Positions 1 to 12,715 of a stretch of DNA of 64,000 bases are shown in pieces (position 1 is the first letter of the stretch; each line of letters begins with the position of its first letter). The notes beneath the pieces are model-generated. The model ran no database searches and was not told the DNA's origin. It saw only the letters and a list, made by a program, of their open reading frames with translations. This DNA is from Phoronis australis (taxonomy: Eukaryota; Animalia; Phoronida): positions 180,510-244,509 of the forward strand of contig NMRA01000046.1 of NCBI GenBank assembly GCA_002633005.1, in the 5' to 3' direction. Made by a program: the position numbers and the translations under genes.

Positions 1-809
1 ATTCGAGTGGAGCACTGCCTGGTCATGAATCCTCCGGCGCGTTGCAGTCAAATCTACTCTTCAGGCCGTTGACCGCAGGCCATGGGAGGCTTATAAAACA
101 ACTTCCGTGTGACCACTTTCGTGAGGCAATTTTCTTTTGATGTGTTTGATATCACAACCCATTGAATTTCATAAAATTAGAAAGTCCCTATGTTTAAACT
201 TGCACACTTCCTTGAAATGTGACTTTAAAATTGGCTAATTCTGCAAATTGAAATGTAATAGAACAAACAAGAGACCATCGCATAACTCGTCATGGTGCAT
301 AAATCGTCGCTTTTTCTTGGTTCCGGTTACACCCCATTCATTTACATGTAAAATCAGGAGCATGCTCGAACTCCCCCCCCCAGGTGCGCGCATGGCGTTC
401 ACCTAGAATTAATTCAATGGATAGTCATTACATGACCTTGGGTGACGTGCTGAAACGAAGAAAACACGTTGTTGTGAATATTTCATGATAACAACGATCA
501 ATTGTGCCATATTGTACAATGTAGTTCGGTTGAGGCCATTTATTAACACAAACTTCGTTGAAGACACGACTGTACTTTTTGTTTGACAGCTTTATGAGGT
601 GCTTATTTAGCACAGGTCCATGGGTGGCGCCGCCTATCACTGGTTGTGTGTATATATGTTCAATCTGTTTCATTTTAGAAAACAATTAGTAGCGTTCTCG
701 TAAGTGCATGAATCAATTCCTACTTTTAAATAAAAACGCATATAGTCTAACTTGACAACTACTGAACAACTCAATAGAGGTCGTTAGTAATTTAATCCAT
801 CAACGGATT

Positions 810-1474
810 AGGAGGCACAGAACAGTTCTCACTGGGTTTTGGCCAGCAAAACACACATCACTTTGTCACCTTTTCTTCACTCTGTCAAAAACAGGATGCA
901 AAGAATGACATGTTTTCAATTGTTTCACATAAAAAGCCCTTCAGATGAGCACAGAAACTTTATTCTCTCTTGTACTTTTGACCCTTTCATTCCCACTGAA
1001 AACCAAGCTAGACTAAGAAAAATAAGGGCAAAAAAATGCAAAATTGTCACTTTTCACCTCAAAAACACCACTTCCCAGCCGATGCACGACTAAAGCCAAC
1101 ATTAGAGTCTGAAAGCAAATTTCCTACCAATTCCGAAAATGTGGTCCAAAAGTACTGTCAACCAACTAGTTTTTTTGGCAATTCTTGCTTGTTTGAGGGC
1201 TACGTAAAATCACAGCCAATTTCTCAGCCGCTACCCAGCAATGCACAATTGCAGCCGGGGGTCGCCATCTTGAAGAAGAGTGCAGCCACAGCCAAGAAAG
1301 TGGCCTTTTTTATTCATAGCATGTTCACAAATACAAACAAACCACATTCACTGAGCCTACGTGCAATGCCCATCTACAAAATGCCCCCAAACTTGGCCTA
1401 CCCCAAACCCCAAAATTACAATATTTTGGGAGTGCAAATTGGCCGCGGCCGCAGCCTAAGTATTCAGTGCCACC
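810..1474 (+). mobile_element. 5'-truncated copy of a non-autonomous DNA transposon (family A)
   Basis: Colinear and highly similar to ~4305-4966 (GGAGGCACAGAACAGTTCTC ... TTGGCCGCGG..GCAGC..TTCAGTG.CACC end). ORFs 839-1093 and 1036-1482 lie inside it and are not conserved as frames between copies. Confidence 0.8.
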
Positions 1475-2980
1475 TTAGCTGAAAAGAACTGGTAAGTCAT
1501 CTTTCATTCATATTGCTAATGTCACTATTCTATTAACCTGAAGATAGGAGATTGTTTAGATACTACGAGCGAGAATGTATTGTACAGTATAAACAAATTA
1601 AGAGGCAGTCTATACAAAAATCAGTCTTTACGGCAAAATTCAAATCAGATTCATCTAAATGCCACATTTTGTGCACTCAACGACTCCTAATTTCGCCGCT
1701 GGAGCACTAGACCGCAATTGCTCATATTAGCCGTCTCCAAAATTGTACGTTTTCAGCAACGAAAATAAGTAACTTACAAAATAGATTGAAAGTTGTACAT
1801 TGGTGGCTGGAATGACCAATGTATGCTGTAAATAATTATTTGGATTTACTCAAATTGGACGGCTTTATGCTAGACAGGAGAGATAATCCACAGACCACTT
1901 TCCTTATCTAATTTTAGTGTCCGTTTTTGTGACCCTCTTACTGCCATATTGCAACTTGTAACTTCACATAACTTTTTAAACATACAGCTAAAAAGTAAAT
2001 CTTGGTGACAAATCAAAAAAATATCTTGCCTCAACTTTACATTTAGTGAAAATTGTCTCGCGAAACTGTCGATTTTGGAAGTGATGAGCATAGTTTACAG
2101 ACAAATTGAACCGAATTTTGAACAAGAAATCTGCTTTATATTGTTGTAAAAACCAATTTCAAGGTCTGTCATATGTAAACGAATTGTTTTCTAGATGTAT
2201 TACACGATCAGTATCAAAACTGAATCCGATGACCTTTGTCCAGTGAGTCAGCTGACATAAGGTTTAAGGATATATAAAAAACTTGTACACATGTAAACCT
2301 CTTGTTTTCTTCCATTATCATTTATTTAGTTGACAATTGCTGGTCAATTAAATGGAAATAAATCTCTTTGAAGTTTGAATTTGTAAGAATTGTTATTTGT
2401 AAAGACTGGTTTTGGGTAGTATTGTGTACTTAAAGACAAAGTGAAGAACGAAGGCTATTTCTGTTCGTTTAGAGAGTTTTCATCAAACAAGTGCGATCAC
2501 AAAAGCTTTGTGACTTCAGTCAGACATGCTAAAGACACTTCAAGATGCTGTGAAATACTGTATAAATCAAGGCCAGTGGCAGAGTGTGAGTTCGTAATAT
2601 AGTAACCAGGATAGGTGATTTTGTGACTGGGCAGGACCAGTCGTGGAATCAAATTATGTGCGATGTTCACTGAATAGAATTTGGTCCCGGTTGTCACCCA
2701 AGCAGAAAGTCTCAGTACCCTGAACACCCAAGACTCACCAGAAGAAAATCTGAACGAGGTATTGACTTTCACGGTAGATATTGGCTCAGTTTGGACAGGA
2801 CGAATTGGTACCACCCTGGCGGGACCTTCGTCTCAAAAAGCCACAAGATCAAGTGTCACATTTGGAGTTAAATGACCCAAATTTGGTTTCCTAGTGCTCG
2901 CCATATACATGTACATGTACTATATATTTCATCGTAGTTAATCGTAGTTTGTAGTTAAGGTGAAATGACAGTAGTCAGTC

Positions 2981-3175
2981 CAGTGGCGTAGTGAACACCT
3001 CCTTGCCCCCCGTCGACCCCTCACTCAAGTGGCACCCCCCACCCCAGGTTGGTAGCTGTTCAATCCCCCAGTTAACGGATGCCTGATGCTCCCGTTGGAC
3101 GACACCTGTTTAGCACCCCCCCCCCCTTCGAGCAGCGCCCAGCGGCATCTGACCTCCCCCTTTACTACGTCACTC
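2981..3175. mobile_element. Short hAT-like MITE (CAGTGGCGTAGT...ACTACGTCACT termini, C-run interior)
   Basis: Imperfect ~12-bp terminal inverted repeat with poly-C tracts; no clear TSD. Confidence 0.55.
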
Positions 3176-3851
3176 GGCATGTTTGCTATGGAAGTCCAGA
3201 CCGTCATGTTGAACTGTGTTTAACTAATGTCTGTCATGAACTGAGTCATTAATAAAATTGTATTGCATGAATTTTTTTCTCTTGACCTTGAATGTATGCC
3301 TTTTCATAAGGTTAATGATCCTACTGTCAGAAATATTCAACGGTTGGGGTAATCGGCGACCGGTGTGGAGATTAAAATTCGCAGCAACCTGCGGGGACAT
3401 CACAATATGAACGCAAAATTACAATGAGTTTTGACCGAGTTGAAGATTTTTATTGCAATGAACTGAGGGCCATAATCCCCTTAGGTCCCTCCCTTCCTAT
3501 GTCAGTGTCTCTCACAACGAAGATAAAAACACGAGTAAAGCAGATTCGGCTGGTTGTCGCATCCACAGTCTCCATTCACACGTCGCCATCTGTCATTTAG
3601 ACGAAGAACGCATGCCAATCACATTTTATGTACACATTTTTTATAATAAACAATAATCATCAGTGTGGTTTTGAGAGAATGGCAATTAGTGGTGTTGTCG
3701 TTTTTGCAAGCCAATTACACGTTTCAAGAGGCCCCCTATTGGTGGTTGAGGCAACTGAGAACATGCACGCAAATACGACGAAGTGCAGTTCGTGTAATGC
3801 TTCGTAAGCAAAAACTAAGGGAGAAATTATTATGAGGTCAGTTTTTGAAAA

Positions 3852-4966
3852 GGTGCACTATGGCTGCTACAGAGTGCCAAATTTGGCCGAAAATGGCTTC
3901 AGTGAAAACCTGCAAAATAGCCGTTTTTGGCACACAAAATCAAAGCATACAAATTTAAAAATGAATTTTGAAAGTCATGCCACTAAATTGTTCAATCATA
4001 TTCCTTTAAAACCGTATCACTCATTTGTTATAAGCTAGCTACACATGCTAGTAATAAGGCGCCCCCTTTTGTTGCAAAATGGAGGTACATGCAAAAAAGA
4101 GAAATCATGGATGAAACTCCTAAAAAGCGAAATTTTTCTACATCTCATCAAACCAAACTCATGTGCTAAGTCTAACAAATCTGTGATTTTGGGTATAGAC
4201 TCTATCTAGTGGTTTTTATATGGAGTCACTCTTAAGTCGCAACTTGAAACTAAAGCTCATAAAATATTTCAAAGCAAGTGATAAGTTACTAAAAAGTACC
4301 AAAAGGAGGCACAGAACAGTTCTCACAGGCGTTTGCCTATCAGAACACACGTCAATGGACTCTTCACCCTTTCCACACTTTGTCAAAAACTGCATGCAAA
4401 TAAAGAAAATTTTTGACTTATTTCACATCACAAGCCCTACAGATGAGCACAAAAACATTACTTTCTCTTGTATTTTTGACCCTTTCACTTCCAGTGAAAA
4501 CCGAGCTAGACTAAGAAAAATAAGTGCAAAAAACGCAAAATCGGCACTTTTCACCCCAAAAGCACCAGTTCCCTGCCGATGCTCGACTTAAGCCAACATT
4601 ATATTCCGAAAGCAAATTTCCTACAGATTCCAAAAATGTGGCCCAAAAGTACTGTCAACCAACTATTTTTTTTTGTTGTAAATCTGGCTTGTTTGAGGAT
4701 TACCTGAATGGCGGCCAATTTCTCAGTTGAGTACACAGCAATGCATAATTGCAACAGGGGGCACCATTTTGAAGAAGAGTGCAGCTACAGCCGAGAAAGT
4801 GGCCTTTTTTCATTGTCAGCATGTTCATAAATATAAACAAACCACATTCCCTTGGCTTACATACAATACCTAACTTAAAATGCCCCCAAGCCTGGCCTAC
4901 CCCTAGATTTTAATATTTTGGGAGTGCAAATTGGCCGCGGCAGCAACCTAACTGTTCAGTGGCACC
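3852..4966 (+). mobile_element. Full-length non-autonomous DNA transposon (family A), GGTGC...GCACC termini
   Basis: Left end GGTGCACTATGGCTGC, right end GCAGCAACCTAACTGTTCAGTGGCACC; A-run flanks on both sides; second copy at 810-1474; interrupts the long ORF 4948-5565. Confidence 0.75.
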
Positions 4967-6216
4967 AAATGCTTAATTGGCTCAGTAGACTTATTTAGTA
5001 TATGAATGTCCCCCGCATCTAAATATTCATCAAGTAAATGGTCTAAATCACTGAGTCTAGATATGGCCATAGGAATTAAGCTGATTGTTCCAAAAGCAAT
5101 GTCTTTTTCCCGTGGTAAGATTTTGCCGTCCCACGGTGGATAGCAAGCCTTGCTTAGATCGTTTTCGTCTGTTAGCGCCTTTGAAGTTTCCCTGCATATT
5201 TGGAGCATAGTCGATTTTAGGTCTCGTTGTTTCTCGTTTTCGCACCAGCTGTGTACTTGCGCCAACGGGAACCAGAGTTCTTTTCCCACGAAATCGTAAA
5301 CTTCTCGAAGGATTTTCACCATTGCAAAATAGTGATCAAGAACATCAAAGTTAATTTTTGCTTTTGGGACATCTTTTCTTAACGCGCTTGTTTGTAATTG
5401 CAAGTGTTTAAGGGATGATGTCGCAAGATTTGACTTGTAATAGTTTTTAAGTATGTTGATGAATTCTCCGAGAGATTGTTCAAACTTGTCTTCTCCATCC
5501 CGCAAGTCAAGAATGTGCCCGGCTATTACAGTTTGCGCCTCTTTGGCTCTTCTAAGCAATTTCATGTCCCCATCTGGAACAAAGATTACTGTAGTAAGAC
5601 CAGTTCCCAGGTGGCAAGACCAGCTTAACTGCGAGTCAGCTCATCGAACTTCCAAACAAGATGTCGTGGTAACATACAACATTTTGTGACTCCGGTCAAA
5701 ATCAGTTCCACAAAGAACCATTTGAAATCGAAAAATTATGAGTAAGGAAGTGCCAAAAATAAAGCCCACTTAACAGAAGCATTCTTTGACGTAGCTTTTG
5801 ATTCGAGATTCCAACTGAAGATATTGTCGTACTTCTTTCAACTGAAAATACCCGCATGTGGTAACAAGTGGAGATAATTCTGACCAGATATCAACACGGC
5901 AATATACGCCAACATTGGCTTGCGAAGGTAGTCAGACTACTAGGCGATTAAAGGCGAAGGCAACCTTTTTCCATGTCATTTTGAGCTAAAATAATGCTGG
6001 TTGGTTATCCTAGACATATTTTCCACTTAATTACAGCTTTTCGTAATTTTATTAATTACTCGTCCGCTACTGCGGAAGTGACGTTTTAGGAGGCAAGCAT
6101 TTCGCGCCAATTTCTTTTCATATAGTCTGACTGTGAGAGCTGCCGAGTCAGTCATTGTTCTACCTCGGTTATGTTAAGTTCCGTCGTCGTTTGCTTCCAT
6201 TTACTAGTCAGTCAAC

Positions 6217-7010
6217 ATGCCACACTGTTGCTGCGTACCGGAATGTACTAATTATCGGCTCACGCGCGCTTTGGGAGTACCTTTGCATCACTTTCCGATG
6301 GAAGACACACTTCGCCGTACTTGGCTCGTTCGTGTGAAGAACGCAGCGTTACCCGTCCACGCAACGTACAAAGCAGTGGAGAATTACCGTGTGTGTGACA
6401 AGCACTTTCTGCCCTCCGGTTACGAAAGGGATTTGTACGCTGAACTGATGAAGGTCCCTGCGAAACAACGCCTGAAGAAGGATGCCATTCTGTCTGTGTT
6501 GATTCCCGGCAGTGCCCCGTCGCCAACCCCGAGAAGTGCGTTTTTGAAGCGAGAAGCATCGCGAGCTGTGGCCACTATATACAGTGACCGGAGGCACTTC
6601 ATCTACTGTCACGCGTGCCTCCGAACGTACCCCAGAGCGTGCAATTCCTGGAACCAGTAGTGATTCGCCCTGTGCTGTTTTCTCCAGCCCAGAGCCTCTA
6701 AGCAGCCCTGCAGCGATATTGAGTAGTGGGAGTGATTACAGGCCCAGTTCGACACCCAGTGAAGAGGACAGTTCGTCGTCCAGTGAACAGATCGGTGAGC
6801 CAAACTTTGATAAGTTTATTGTGGACTTGTCTAAAGTGTTGGAGCTATTTAGAAGGTGCCAGGTGTGTGGCGAGGGAGTCACACGACACGATGTAAGCAG
6901 TTTGGGTGCTCAGGTCACCATCCAGTGGGAGTGTGTCGCGGGACACTCTGGCAAGTGGGACAGTTGTTCCTCTGTCCGTGGTATGCCGGAGGTCCACTTA
7001 ACCATGTCCA
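6217..7010 (+). pseudogene. Kolobok transposase N-terminal part (THAP domain plus Cys/His zinc-ribbon region), frameshifted and truncated
   Basis: THAP signature MPHCCCVPECTN...HHFP...RRTW...RVCDKHF...LKKDAI; in a shifted frame KFIVDLSKVLELFRRCQVC...QWECVAGHSGKWDS. Confidence 0.8.
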
Positions 7011-7304
7011 GTAGTGGCTTGGCCTCGTCGAACTCTGAACAGCACAAGCATTCCATTGAGGTAGGCATAACAACGCACACAGTGCATTTGCACCAAGATG
7101 TGTCACCACGTCTGTCCTCAGTAGCCGCCTCGTTTCTCTCAACAGCTGCCTGTGCCTGTGCGTACTCTGCCTCGTTGTACTCGGGCTCAAACAATACCCA
7201 CCCACTGAATGTCCGTGAAAAAATTCCTCGTCACCACTGCTGTGAACAAGGTCTCCGTCACTCACACTACTGTCACTGTGATACGGGTCACCGACTCCAG
7301 CCAT
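7005..7304 (-). pseudogene. KolX-like second protein (P2X7 C-terminal 'ballast'-like Zn-binding region), truncated
   Basis: ATG at 7304 (MAGVGDPYHSDSS...), frameshift, then FEPEY...WCKCTVCVVMPTSMECLCCSE; convergent with the transposase inside Kolobok TIRs. Confidence 0.75.
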
Positions 7305-10142
7305 TTTCAGCTTACAACACACTAAACAATCCCTAAATCCAACGTAGTTGAGTTCTCTACTAACCTATCTTGTCGCAGAATACTCGCCGATGGAAAGTGG
7401 TGGCGACAATTGTTGAAAAACAGCACAAAACAAAAGTAGAATAGAACAGATTCGCACGGTAAAGTCAACGCAAAACCAAGTGGCGGGAAACGCTTGCCTC
7501 CTAAAACGTCACTTCCGGAGTAGCGGACGAGTAATTAATAAAATTACGGAAAGCTGTAATTAAGTGGAAAATATATCTAGGATAACCAGCCCACCTTATT
7601 TTAGCTCAAAATGACATGGAAAAAGGTTGCCTTCGCCTTTAATTATAACACAGTAGGGAAGCCAAGATGTCTGCCACTGTAACCTCGTGTTATTGTATCG
7701 TAGAAAAATACGAGAGGGACATTCTTTCACCAATTTATAACACGGAATGACTTTCGTCAACCGAATAATATCACTATACAGTAAATGCAACGTTTCGTAA
7801 ATTACAGAGGTGTGCGTATTTGCGTTTTTCATCGTCAATTCGTCTAAGTGTAATTGTAAAAGTTCGGTTTAATTGACATTGGTGGCCATTTTGTCACTAG
7901 TACATCCCAAGAAATTAGAAACAGTAGTTCTATTTTGAGTTACGCTCGCTTTGAGAATAATATCTAAAAAAGAATCGTTTCTGGTGCTACAACTGTGACT
8001 AAACTGGTTTATGCCGGAATAGGTACATGTAGCTCTTCTTTTCTGTCGGGTATATCAACCATTCTTGATTAGTTCATTTCTTCAAGAAAAAAGGTGATGT
8101 CGATTGGTGGAATTTGGCTCGACTTTGTGGGGAAACGTTTCTAAAAATTAATAGTTTAAGCACAAATTGTCCATGTGTTGGTTATTAAAAATACTAGACA
8201 GCTTGTGCTCTGGGCATCAAATATGTAAAAAAGTATTATGGACCTGATCGGTATCAACCTACGTCTCTTACATTGTGTGTCTTAATGTATTTCTACAAAT
8301 CACCTTTTCATAAACCTGTCAAAAATATATGGAAAATGATGCGTGATTTAATGCATTTTGTGAGTTGTGTTGGACTTTACCTGAATCTTTCATGTTACAA
8401 GATTTTTGACTGAGCGCCAGTTCTTCGGCACAACTATCGTATTCGTCTTGCCACATTCGGGTCCTGATTATGATGTTCGATGCTCTGATAGATCTCAAAA
8501 GGTCACTTGTGATCAACGCAGTTTGTAGGATTTGACATAATATTCCACTCTCATAGACACACCGTAACTGTTCCAGTGACTCCGTGTTGTCTGGGCTGAC
8601 TAACAGAACAATACCTGCGTACAATAATTAATATTTTTAAATTTCATTACAAATAAAACAAAACCAAAAGCAGACACCAAAAATATTGTCATAGTTTTCA
8701 AAACATATTTGGATTTACGCTGAATTGAAGAAAAAACATGCTAACGGAGTTCAACGCAAGGATCGACCTGTCAATAGATAGAATTATTGATCTTGTATAA
8801 ACCTCGACATAGAATAATACCCTCACAGAATAGGGGCCTAGTAACGGCGAAAGCTTTATGATGACGTAGGTAATGTGCCCTGGTGGCGAAAACTGGCGTA
8901 ACAGAGTTGTTTCGATTCATATAATCGATAAAATTCATGGTTTCAAAAACGGTAAGTAACATCGTACGATGCAGTGACATACCTTCTCTGAATACTTCAA
9001 ATACAACTCCGCGACAAACATTTTCTTTCTCGAAGTAACCTTTGATTAGTGTAATATCCAATCCTTTGAAGGCTTGATACAGTGTCTCGGTCAGTAACAT
9101 AACGTAATAGTGGTCCGACCCGTGTCTCTGCTCGTTCTGTTCAGCCTCAACAATATCTATGTAGATTCCAATCTGTCCTGATAATATAAAACGGAGTGTT
9201 TGTAAATTCAATGTCCTTATGGATAGTTTCGAAAAAATCAATTAGGCCACGCCCACCATAGTTACGGTTGCGAAGTTCGGCATATACGAGGTAGCACTGA
9301 TAACAGTTAGGCTGCAGACCCTAGAGTTTGAATAAAGGGTGTATGTAAGGTTTGGCGGCTGTTTTGAGGAATGCATAGAAAATAAGTTCAAGGAAATTGA
9401 TTTGCTTATGTTTTTGTACAAGCAAAGCCAAGATGTTTTAGTAGTGACCTACTTTTGATGCAAAAATGCTGCCTCAGTTGGCTGTCAACCCCTGTCTTTT
9501 GCTGTCTAAGAAACCGGGGTCGATTTCAGTTGGCTGTCAAACAGTTAAAACTGCCAAGCGGGCAGCTGGTAAGGGGCGGGGCGTACTATAATCACATTTT
9601 AGAATCGAGATAACGAGCATTCTGAATCTGTAGTCACATTTTTCCAGCACTTACAGGGAAGTGGTAATTTTGAGGAGAAAATTGTCAAATATGAGGTTTT
9701 TTGTCCTATTTTTCTATGCCGGATTTTTATTCGCTGTGAATACACCGATTAAAAATCTGTAGCATAATTAAGTTTTAAGTTATCATTAGTAGTGTTTTTG
9801 AGTTGCGAATTAATGCTACAAAACCCTTTGGTTTTTCAGACTCTTGATACGGACGTGAGGAAAGGATGCATCTACACTTAGGTGTGCTTCGGCAGCCAAA
9901 ACATAATAACTGTAGTGAGCCCCTCACTGAGCGCAAACTGGAAGCCCCCCTCCCCTGCACATACTACAAAAACATATTCTTTTTCATGTATTCTCAATGA
10001 TTTTTGTTATAACCGTTACTAGCGTGGCGGAGACAGAAAGGGCCCTGTGGCATGTCCAGGATTCTAAGACTTCGAGCTCATTACGAACACATTCACATGA
10101 ACTTGGGTTCATTTACATGACAGATCGATTAAAAAACCCAGC

Positions 10143-10284
10143 TACTGTGGTCTACATTGTGGTCCATACTGTGGTCTACACTGTGGTCCACACTGTGGTC
10201 CGCACTGTGATCCACACTGTGGTCCACACTGTGGTCCACATTGTAGTCCACACTGTGGTTCACACTGTGGTCTACACTGTAGTT
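10143..10284. repeat. 12-bp minisatellite (CACACTGTGGTC)n, about 11-12 units
   Basis: Directly visible tandem array; produces the VHTV and DHSV repeat ORFs. Confidence 0.95.
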
Positions 10285-11154
10285 GGCACTGCACTTCAAA
10301 GCGGCTATAACCACGCTTTCTGTCATAAAAACAAGTATTGTTTTAGTTCAATTATCGTTCTCATTTGGAGAATGTCTCGCTTACACTGGTCACTGCTGCA
10401 ATTCCCTTTGCTCTCACAAATCTTTCATAACGCCTGTTCAGCACGCCTTATTCCTTAGTCAAAATAGGTGAATTTGCTTGAGACAATGCTGTACGTAGGT
10501 GTTGATTTACAACGGCGCGTCATTTTACGGTCTTGAGCCAAAACGAGTTACTAGTTTTTACAAAACAAAAAGGAATTCAACTGAGTATTGAATAAGATCA
10601 ATTTTATACCGGTTAGTGGTCTAAATCAAAAGTCACTAGTTTCTGCGATGGAACGCGGAATTGTTGCTGACTTAAGTTCGGTCACCGGTGTCAGACATCA
10701 TCTGTAAGTGATTTGATAGGCTACTAAAAACGCAACTGACGATGTTTACGCGACTAGACAACGTTAAACGAGAATGCCACCCAAAAACAACCTATTTTGT
10801 ATCAACTTGGATCGAGCAGTTCTACTCGATAACAGTACATGTAAGTCCGGTTCTTTAACCTGACACCTGACGGCAGACAGCGGTGTTAAAATTGACCAAT
10901 GACGTCACAGGCTCGAACGGAGTGTTCAGTAATTCACAACACGCTTGCTGGTGTCAGCTTATAGCTTGAATTCATCGTTTTACTCAACTAAATCATCAAA
11001 ATTCGATGTAAAACTCTTAAAAATACACCACGTTCTTAAAAAAACGTGTTGTTTCATTTCGCTATTACGGATTTTTAGGTATTTGAACGTGCCGTAGCCT
11101 ATAAGTTTGGCAGGCCAATTTACCAAGGTCGGTCGGAGTTTGGGGTCTCAGTGT

Positions 11155-11240
11155 CTCCCTCCCTCTCCCCCTTTCCCTCCCTCTCCCCGTCTCCCTCCCT
11201 CCCTCCCTCCCTCCCTCCCCCCGTCTCTCTCTATCTCTCT
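11155..11240. repeat. (CCCT)n/(CT)n polypyrimidine microsatellite
   Basis: Directly visible. Confidence 0.9.
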
Positions 11241-11350
11241 CAAATTTGACGCCAATTCAAGGTCTACATTGCAAGTGGTCATAAACATGGTGACGGTCGC
11301 CTATAGCGATGTCACATTGCACAGCAATAACTGCGGAATCTAGTGCGATT

Positions 11351-11760
11351 TCAGGTACCCCTCAAATAATCCAGAAATGCAAAAAACGTGCAGTGGGTTT
11401 TCAAAAAATCTGTAGTAAATTTGTTTTCAGAATTTAGTATCGGCTCGCGTCGATCTTTGGCAAGGAAGTGGTGGTTGGGGTCTGAACACTTACAGTTTTG
11501 CGCTTTGGCAATTATTTTCTGAGCCTCACTGGCTTCCGTTTCATAGAATATGAAATGGTCGAAACGATGAGACAAAATGAAGTTTCTGCGCTCATGTGTA
11601 GCGTTTTTGAGGTGAAACATCTTAAAAGTTTTCATTTTGTTCACAGGGTTTCCGACAGAGTGGGCGAAAGACTGCAAGTCGGTGTTGTGTGCACCGCCGC
11701 CACACAAGTGCCGACGAATTCTGCATGCATGTCGTTCATCATTTCACAGGCAGAGTCACT
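11351..11760 (-). mobile_element. Diverged relative of family A, reverse orientation; a matching terminus-like sequence lies at ~9290-9320
   Basis: Reverse complement aligns by eye to ~840-1200 and ~4310-4705. GGTAGCACTGATAACAGTTAGGCTGC at 9290 resembles the reverse complement of the family-A right end. Confidence 0.6.
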
Positions 11761-12715
11761 TTTATAAAATAGCGGGCTGTGACAGAGGGGAAGTTATCTT
11801 CCAAATGTACGCTGTATACACACAGTGGAACAGCACGTGCTTTAGTATTAGCAACAAATGTTTGTGAGTCCAAGACGGAGGACGTATCGTAGCGATTTTC
11901 CTGCGCCCTGATTTGTCGGTTAATTACCACTCCACAGAGGTTCTTAGAAACAGAAATCAAACTCAAATTTCTTGAAGGATAATTATTGTGTAATATTGAT
12001 TGTTGTTATACCAATAACTGGCCACTGTTATCTGTCATCTTTGTGTTTAGGTGTTTGGTAAATTTCTTTTAAAATACTTCATTGGATCCTCAATGTTGCC
12101 TCAAAGTAATTAATTAATTAATAATGTTTTTTTTCCACTGCCTGTAGCTTCAGGTGCTTTGAAGGAAGTGCACTAAGATTTTCATAGCAAACAATCAATC
12201 AGTCCACTACTGTAAGCTGGAAGTATATTATGTTAAATCGCAATATTAAACGACCAAATATCGATTCTTATTGTTTGCTAATACGTTCTGCAAGCGATGT
12301 TCATAACACGGCAATCAGTACGAGACGACAACGTATTACCTGATCCGACAAACAGCTAAGATCTAGTACTACTATGTTACATAGTTATTCCCGCAAGACA
12401 GGGATATGTTTGAAATATCACCGTAAGTCAAACAAATGACGTTCGGGGAAGCTCTTTCAGTTAAACAATGACATTTCCAATTTGAGAATAGTTTTGTGTT
12501 ACTCGAACAACTACTGAAAACTCACGTAAATTAATAAAGCTTTTCGCAGCATCAATCTCTGTAACCACTCATCGAGGAATGTAGACATACGAAATAATGC
12601 AAGACATGGCTAAATAAACATTCTATACAGTATTTATCGAGTCTAATATTTGCACTTAAAATCAAACTAGGAATTATTTTTGATACTTCCTGTTCTACCT
12701 TTAGACGAAGTTAAT

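Larger units (their letters stand above)
5952..7638 (+). mobile_element. Kolobok DNA transposon, internally deleted
   Basis: ~150-bp TIRs (AGGCGAAGGCAACC...GGTTGCCTTCGCCT), TTAA TSD at 5948-5951 and 7639-7642, THAP/transposase 5' half on + and a convergent Cys-rich KolX-like ORF on -. DDE core absent. Confidence 0.88.
3660..9177 (-). pseudogene. Disrupted multi-exon gene: TRADD-N-like domain followed by a helical C-terminal region
   Basis: Phase-compatible AG/GT exons: 8983-9177, 8381-8614 (GIVLLVSPDNTESLEQLRCVYESGILCQILQTALITSDLL), 8060-8140 (in-frame TGA), ~7732-7963 (in-frame TAA), 5775-5841, then 4967-5573 continuing at 3851-3660 across the family-A insertion. The Kolobok sits in an intron. 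Domain assignment is by motif recall. Confidence 0.6.

Noticed and set aside
839-1482. ORFs with apparent paralogs at 4220-4730 and 11351-11707
   Set aside because: Similarity reflects a non-coding repeat; frames break differently in each copy.
2470-2875. Overlapping short ORFs on both strands
   Set aside because: No recognisable motif or consistent splice structure.
6584-7336. 250-aa ORF as a single real protein
   Set aside because: Only the part up to ~7010 is transposase; the rest is antisense read-through of KolX across the deletion junction.
9997-10458. 153-aa VHTV-repeat protein, or a CRISPR-like array
   Set aside because: Simple 12-bp tandem repeat without spacers in a eukaryotic context; the ORF is a by-product.
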